From NCBI GenBank assembly GCA_951406725.2, contig OX597814.1, positions 134,912,001-134,976,000 on the forward strand: a DNA stretch of 64,000 bases, in the 5' to 3' direction. Of the stretch, positions 57,919 through 64,000 are shown one piece after another (position 1 is the first letter of the stretch; each line of letters begins with the position of its first letter). The position numbers and the translations under genes were made by a program. The stretch comes from Octopus vulgaris. Its lineage: Eukaryota. The notes under the pieces are model-generated. The model made no database searches and was not told the origin of the DNA. It saw nothing but the letters and a program-made list of their open reading frames with translations.

Positions 57919-58103
57919 CTGCAAGAAAAATATAAAATACATTTTATATAAAAACTGGAAGCTGTACTCAGGCTTACCTGGGTTTATAGAAAGTATCTCA
58001 AAAAGTCACACAGCATATAACATAATCCCTGAAAATGTGTTCCTCTGCGAAATTTTAGATACCCAAGAGCAAAACTGCAGCCTATGACACACACGTGTGT
58101 GTA

Positions 58104-58165
<62 letters not shown>

Positions 58166-58350
58166 AGTATATGCATGTGCACACACTAACACAGAGTAAG
58201 GTTTCTATATACAAATATCACCTGTTCCAGAGTATGGTTTGTTAACCAAATTATTTCTTACAGAGTAACTGAAATACATATAAGTAAGGAGTAACCCCAC
58301 ATAAAAGTGTAAGAGGATGTATTTGCAAATCCCTCAATAAGCAAGAACAT

Positions 58351-58480
58351 AACTAGAAAAGTACTCAGAGCACAGACCTCTGCCAAGCAGCTCATTTCCA
58401 CCCATATACACGCATGCTGAAAATCGCCCAATTTCCCAAACCAACGCCAGCAAAAACGTAACCTTCTGGGCGGGGTAAAA
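58351..58480. mobile_element. Short non-autonomous element with subterminal inverted repeats (Helentron/HINE-like)
   Basis: ACCTCTGCCAAG near the left end versus CTGGGCGGGGT near the right end; a similar GGCGGAGGTAA end at about 7650-7660. Family assignment is inference. Confidence 0.4.
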
Positions 58481-58907
58481 AAAACAAACAAAAAACACAG
58501 CCATACCAATACTATTTTATCCTCCCTCCATACTTATCTCGACCATCGGCGTTATCAACACTGTCTCTGCTTTCACCACAATCACCATCAAAAACTACGA
58601 TCATCGCAATCAGTTTCTTTACACAGTTGAAAATCCATTATCCTATACTCATGGGACTGAAATTGATGCAGTTTTTGATTTTCTAATTTCAGAGTGCTTT
58701 ATTTAAAAAAAAAAAAAAAAAAAAAAGCAGCTACAAAACGGAACAGTTTGAGAACAGAAACCAGGTCTAAACACAATAGCTTACAGACATACTCTGAATG
58801 TAGTCCTATATAAATCTTTAATAAATATTTTTATACTTAAAACCATCAGAATTGTTAAAATATCAGCCTCTACCCACGTTGTCATGCTTTGTTTAAAAGG
58901 TTACAGC

Positions 58908-59280
58908 ATAGATTAGATTACTTAGATAAGTTTCGGCTGAAGTTGACTCAAGCAATGTCTAATTTAATAGCACCACCTGGAAGAGATACACAGTCAGCTC
59001 TGGGGAACTGTAGCCCATTCAAGCAGAGGGTTATTGTTTTCAGAGACATATCTGGGTGTGGGTGGTTTATCTGGTATTTGTTGGGGTTAATCATCTAGGA
59101 ATCATTTGAATACCGTGAAGTCACTTTCCTCTATGTGTCAGGCACAATGTTGAAGAGAGCAGGGCCAACTGAGATGAAATAGTTCTGTCATAGTGTTGTG
59201 ATACGACACAAACATTTCTGTAGTGGATGGATGGCACAGGGGCCAGCCTCGGATGAATTTTAAAGACGGGAAATGTTGAT
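58908..59280 (-). mobile_element. 3' end of a CR1/L2-type LINE
   Basis: Minus-strand remnants HPRL.., GPALFNIVP, IPDKP.TP.Y.S.NNN.LLEW; (TAATC)n-like tail at about 58908-58925. Confidence 0.6.
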
Positions 59281-59478
59281 GGAATATTTTCCACATCATA
59301 CTGATGATTTAGAGCTCACAGTGACAGTGGAGGGAGCAAAGACTAATGAATGAGATCCCAATCACTATATGCATGTATAGTCTGTGGTTTGTTGTTATTC
59401 ACACCATATAGAAAACATACTATACAAACCTTATTCTAAAAATCAATAAAGCACAATAAATAGTAAATAGTAGTAAAA

Positions 59479-59592
59479 AGACTGCACATGTTTCATGGCT
59501 ATATTTTCAAATAGATAATAAAATCAATTTGATTTAAAATTAAATCGATCTAAAATTAATTCTATTTAAAAATATAGTCACTCATCAGGTCT
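59479..59592 (-). ncRNA. Type I hammerhead-ribozyme-like motif, copy 1
   Basis: agac-CTGATGA-[about 21-bp stem II]-GAAA-catgtgca-gtct; stem I agac/gtct; position 16.1 is C instead of U. Confidence 0.62.
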
Positions 59593-59764
59593 AAAATAAA
59601 AAAAAAAGAATAAATGTAGTTAACTTATACTAATTATCAAATAAATATATAAAAATACGTGTATTAACTATGGTTTGTTGTTATTCACACCATATAGAAA
59701 ACATACTATACAAACCTTATTCTAAAAATCAATAAAGCACAATAAATAGTAAATAGTAGTAAAA

Positions 59765-59865
59765 AGACTGCACATGTTTCATGGCTATATTTTTAAATAG
59801 ATAATAATAAAATTAATTTGATTTAAAATTAATTCTATTTAAAAATATAGTCACTCATCAGGTCT
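59765..59865 (-). ncRNA. Type I hammerhead-ribozyme-like motif, copy 2
   Basis: Same core and stems as copy 1, with a shorter stem II loop. Confidence 0.62.
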
Positions 59866-60289
59866 AAAATAAAAAAAAAGAATAAATGTAGTTAACTTAT
59901 ACTAATTATCAAATAAATATATAAAAATACATGTATTAACTATAAATAATCGAAAAACATTTAACAATATTTCTTAAAATAAAAACATAACTTATCTTAT
60001 CGAAGGATTTTCGTTAAATAAAAAATTGAAACACAATATGTAGAACTTAGCGTTCATAATATATTGCGTGAAAATATGGCATAAATAGAATTTATAGAAG
60101 AAATATGTATTTAAGCTATTAAAATTCCAAATGTACTTTAGCTGTGAGAATAAGAAAAAGATTAACTTTTATAACTACAACCATTAGTAACATAAAACAG
60201 GGTATATATATATATACATATATACATATATATATATACATATATATACATACACACACATATATATATATACATACACACACACACAA

Positions 60290-62500
60290 ATTAGCTAAAT
60301 TTATATAATTAATTCAATTTATGGCTACATTTAATTTTTCGTTCGTCTAGGGAATTAACCAATTTTTTATTATTAGTTAATATCTCCTTAAATTCGTTAG
60401 TACATAAACAAAAATTACTACCTATTCGAAACGATTTTGCCTTACAAACTATCTCCCATTTAAATTGTACTTAATATTTTAAAATTTTAGTTCCCATATA
60501 TATTTACTAAGGCCAGTAGAATTAAATTTCTATTCTTAAAAGAATTCATGTGTTGATCCATTCGTAATTTATTATTATCATCAATCAAAGTCACTACACA
60601 TTTATATACGGCATCATCGAAATTACATTTATTATTAAATTTACATTTAGTTTTATCTCTACATGTATAATTTATTATATTCTGGTCTATTATTATTGGA
60701 ATAATTATTTGATTTGTTTTTGTAAAACTTATTCAGCTTAAGTTTATTAAAAGAAGAAATAATGTTACCAACATTATTAATAGTAGAATAACCAACTACA
60801 AAATTATTACAAGAAAAAATGTTATATTTTTTATTATCTCAAATGAATTATAGTTAAAATCTCTTTAATAATGTTTGTTTTAACTTGAGTTTCATATTTT
60901 GTTATTATTATTATTATAATATTAAATTTATTATTATCATTAAACGAATTAAATTTAATCTTATTTTTTAGTGTATTATATTTATGTTTTCTATTATCAT
61001 AATACATATTAATACCATAATTACCTAAATAAAGCTTATAATTCTTAATGTTAGGTTTATTATTATAAAAAATATAGGAATCATATTATAATCTTTTATA
61101 TTATAATTATATTTAGAATTATTAAAGAATTTGATATAATTAATATATCCCGGCTCCCGCAGGGCTTCATTATAATAAAGTGCGTGTTTTTGGAAAATCT
61201 CGAAATTAGAAAGTAACGATATTCTTTTACCTATATTATCTGTCAACGATTTCTTAATTGAGGGTGGATGATTACTATTAGCATTAATATATCTAAGGTT
61301 TTCATTAATCTTATGGAATGGTTGGGTTTTAATTGTTATTAAATTAAAATTAGCATCTAAATAATTAACACTATAGTTCTCATTATATATAGTAATACTT
61401 AATCCATATCTTTTAAAAAACTATATAGCTTCTTCTTATATAATTCTTGTGTTCTATTGGTGCAATTCTTAGTTATTAATAAAAGGTCATACCTATATAA
61501 ACCACCCTCCAACATTAATTTTTCTAATTGAAGTTCCGATAAATAAATACCAACTAAATCAGTTGCATGTGCAGAATCGGGTGCCTCCATAGGTATATCA
61601 AAATAGTCTCTAGTATCCTTCCTAGCCCACAATTTATCATTATATCTAATCAACGATTTCCTAGCCGTTTTAACAATATTAACTTCTTAAGTCATTCCTA
61701 CCTTATTCACTGCATAAATTAGGGCCTTTTTGAGTACTATCTCATTAATAGAATAATAATAATTATTATCTATATTTGAATGAATTTCTATCTATTTTTA
61801 TCTTTAATATTATTAAACCATTTTGAAGTATCATTAGTACTCGTCCAAAGTTTAAGGTAATTAATTTCATCTAATCTATTAATATATTTATCTAAAATGA
61901 TCTTACCTAGATCTGATTTACATGGACAAATAAGTCTAACTTTTGGGTCAGAATAAAAATTATCCTTATGGTCTTTTAAAGTAATTCTAGGGTGCATAGG
62001 TACATAAGTTATAACTTATATTTCATGATTACTTGAGAGTCCTTATTTATATTCTAAAGAGTATTTTCTGGAACAATTTCATATTTTTTATTTATTTATT
62101 TCTCCAATAGGTTATCATATAATTTAACATCTAGTTTATACAGGTTCCTAGTTTTATCTGATTGTACTCTAATTCCTTCCATATTACGCATTTCTTTAAT
62201 TCTAATAGCTAGATTTCTTAAATATTCATTATATTTAATATTTTTCACCACCTTCCAAATATTATCCTCTAAAACGTGTATATCCCTATTATACGGGGAT
62301 TCATTTCTAGATTTAAATTTAGAATTGATATAATTAGTATTCTCTACACCATTAAAATTAAATGTGTTACAATTATTGTAGTAGGCTTTCCATTTAATCC
62401 TATTCATAAAATATATTCTTTTCTAGATGGTATAGGAGTATCCTTCAAAGATGAATTCCAAAACTCACCTGTGAGTTCCATAACTAATGAAATTGAGAGT
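60290..62500 (-). mobile_element. Penelope-like retroelement relic (RT + GIY-YIG endonuclease)
   Basis: RT remnants RIKWKAY, QSDKTRNLYK, ITLKDHKDNF..PKVRLICPCKSDLG, FDIPM..DS..DLVGIY, GGLYRYD, HPPSI. Endonuclease region CRDKTKCKFNNKC..AVYKC, STGLSKYIWELK. Many stops and frameshifts. Confidence 0.88.
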
Positions 62501-62522
62501 TAAACAATCGATAAGCATTAGT

Positions 62523-63366
62523 TATATATACATATACACATATTTATTATTATAATATTTCTATTTATATATATATAAATACAAACACATATATACATAT
62601 ACACATATATATACACATACATACATATATATACACATACATACATATATATACACATACATACATATATATATACATATACACATATATATATACATAT
62701 ACACATATATATATACATATACACATATATATATACATATACACATATATATATACATATACACATATATATATACATATACACATATATATATACATAT
62801 ACACATATATATATACATATACACATATATATATACATATACACATATATATATACATATACACATACATACATATATATATACATATATATATACATAT
62901 ACACATACATACATATATACATACATATATATATACATATATATATATACACATACATACATATATATATACACATACATACATATATATATACACATAC
63001 ATACATACATATATATATATATATACACATACATACATATATATATACATATATATATATATATACACATACATACATATATATATATACACATACATAC
63101 ATATATATATACACATACATACATATATATATATATACACATACATACATATATATATATATATATACATACATATATATATATATATATACATATACAC
63201 ATATATATATATATACATACACACATAATATATAATACATATACATACATATATATATATATACACATACATACATATATATATATATACACATATATAT
63301 ATATATATATACACATACATACATATATATATACATATATACATACATATATATATATATATATAC

Positions 63367-63425
<59 letters not shown>

Positions 63426-63646
63426 CATATACATACATATATATATATATATATATACATATACATACATATATATATATATACATATACATACATATAT
63501 ATATATATATACACATACATACATATATATATATATACACATACATACATATATATATATATACACATACATACATATATATATATATACACATACATAC
63601 ATATATATATATATACACACATACATACACATATATATATACATAT

Positions 63647-63678
<32 letters not shown>

Positions 63679-63848
63679 ACATACATACATATATATATAT
63701 ATATACATATACACATACATACATATATATATACACATACATACATATATATATATATACACATACATACATATATATATATATATACACATACATACAT
63801 ATATATATACATATATATATATATACACATACATACATATATATATAC

Positions 63849-63879
<31 letters not shown>

Positions 63880-63926
63880 TATATATACATATATATATAT
63901 ATATACACATACACATATATATACAC

Positions 63927-63961
<35 letters not shown>

Positions 63962-64000
63962 CACATACACATATATATACATATACATATATATACATAT
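62523..64000. repeat. Compound (AT)n/(ACAT)n microsatellite, runs off the window end
   Basis: Direct reading; includes 9 copies of the 20-mer ACACATATATATATACATAT at 62681-62860. Confidence 0.97.

Larger units (their letters stand above)
59385..59942 (-). repeat. Two tandem copies (286 and 272 bp) downstream of the Penelope-like ORF; probable pLTR-type terminal repeats
   Basis: 59385-59670 and 59671-59942 are near-identical; they differ by a 16-nt insertion, a 3-nt insertion, an A-run length and a few substitutions. Confidence 0.9.

Noticed and set aside
59385-59942. Tandem duplication as an assembly artefact or a CRISPR-like array
   Set aside because: The copies differ by several indels and substitutions, there are no unique spacers, and the context is eukaryotic.
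62518-63998. Three ORFs of 475-484 aa
   Set aside because: They are translations of the AT/AC microsatellite (Y/I/M/C/V only), not genes.

Overview
Eukaryotic, AT-rich, repeat-dense animal DNA. The SINE, RTE and MITE families and the (AT/AC)n tracts suggest an octopod cephalopod (inference from repeat content). There are two host genes in convergent orientation: a complete 3-exon alpha-tubulin on + (9793-15297, 453 aa, ends in ...EEEEEF) and the last 32 coding exons of TMEM131 on - (57918 down to 22562; 5' exons lie beyond the window). The rest is mobile DNA: a decayed LTR retrotransposon (14-3987), a solo LTR, a LINE ORF1 relic, piggyBac-type and hAT-type non-autonomous elements, a Tc1/mariner relic, many SINEs, RTE and CR1-like fragments, a Penelope-like element and a 1.5 kb microsatellite. 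Most notable: (1) the LTR element's primer-binding site is exactly complementary to nt 1-12 (5' end) of tRNA-Phe rather than to a tRNA 3'-CCA end, and its RT/RNase H motifs are atypical; (2) two tandem hammerhead-ribozyme-like folds with a very long AT-rich stem II lie downstream of the Penelope-like ORF; (3) several long foldback structures sit in introns. All coordinates were read by eye, and repeat boundaries without TIR/TSD are approximate.
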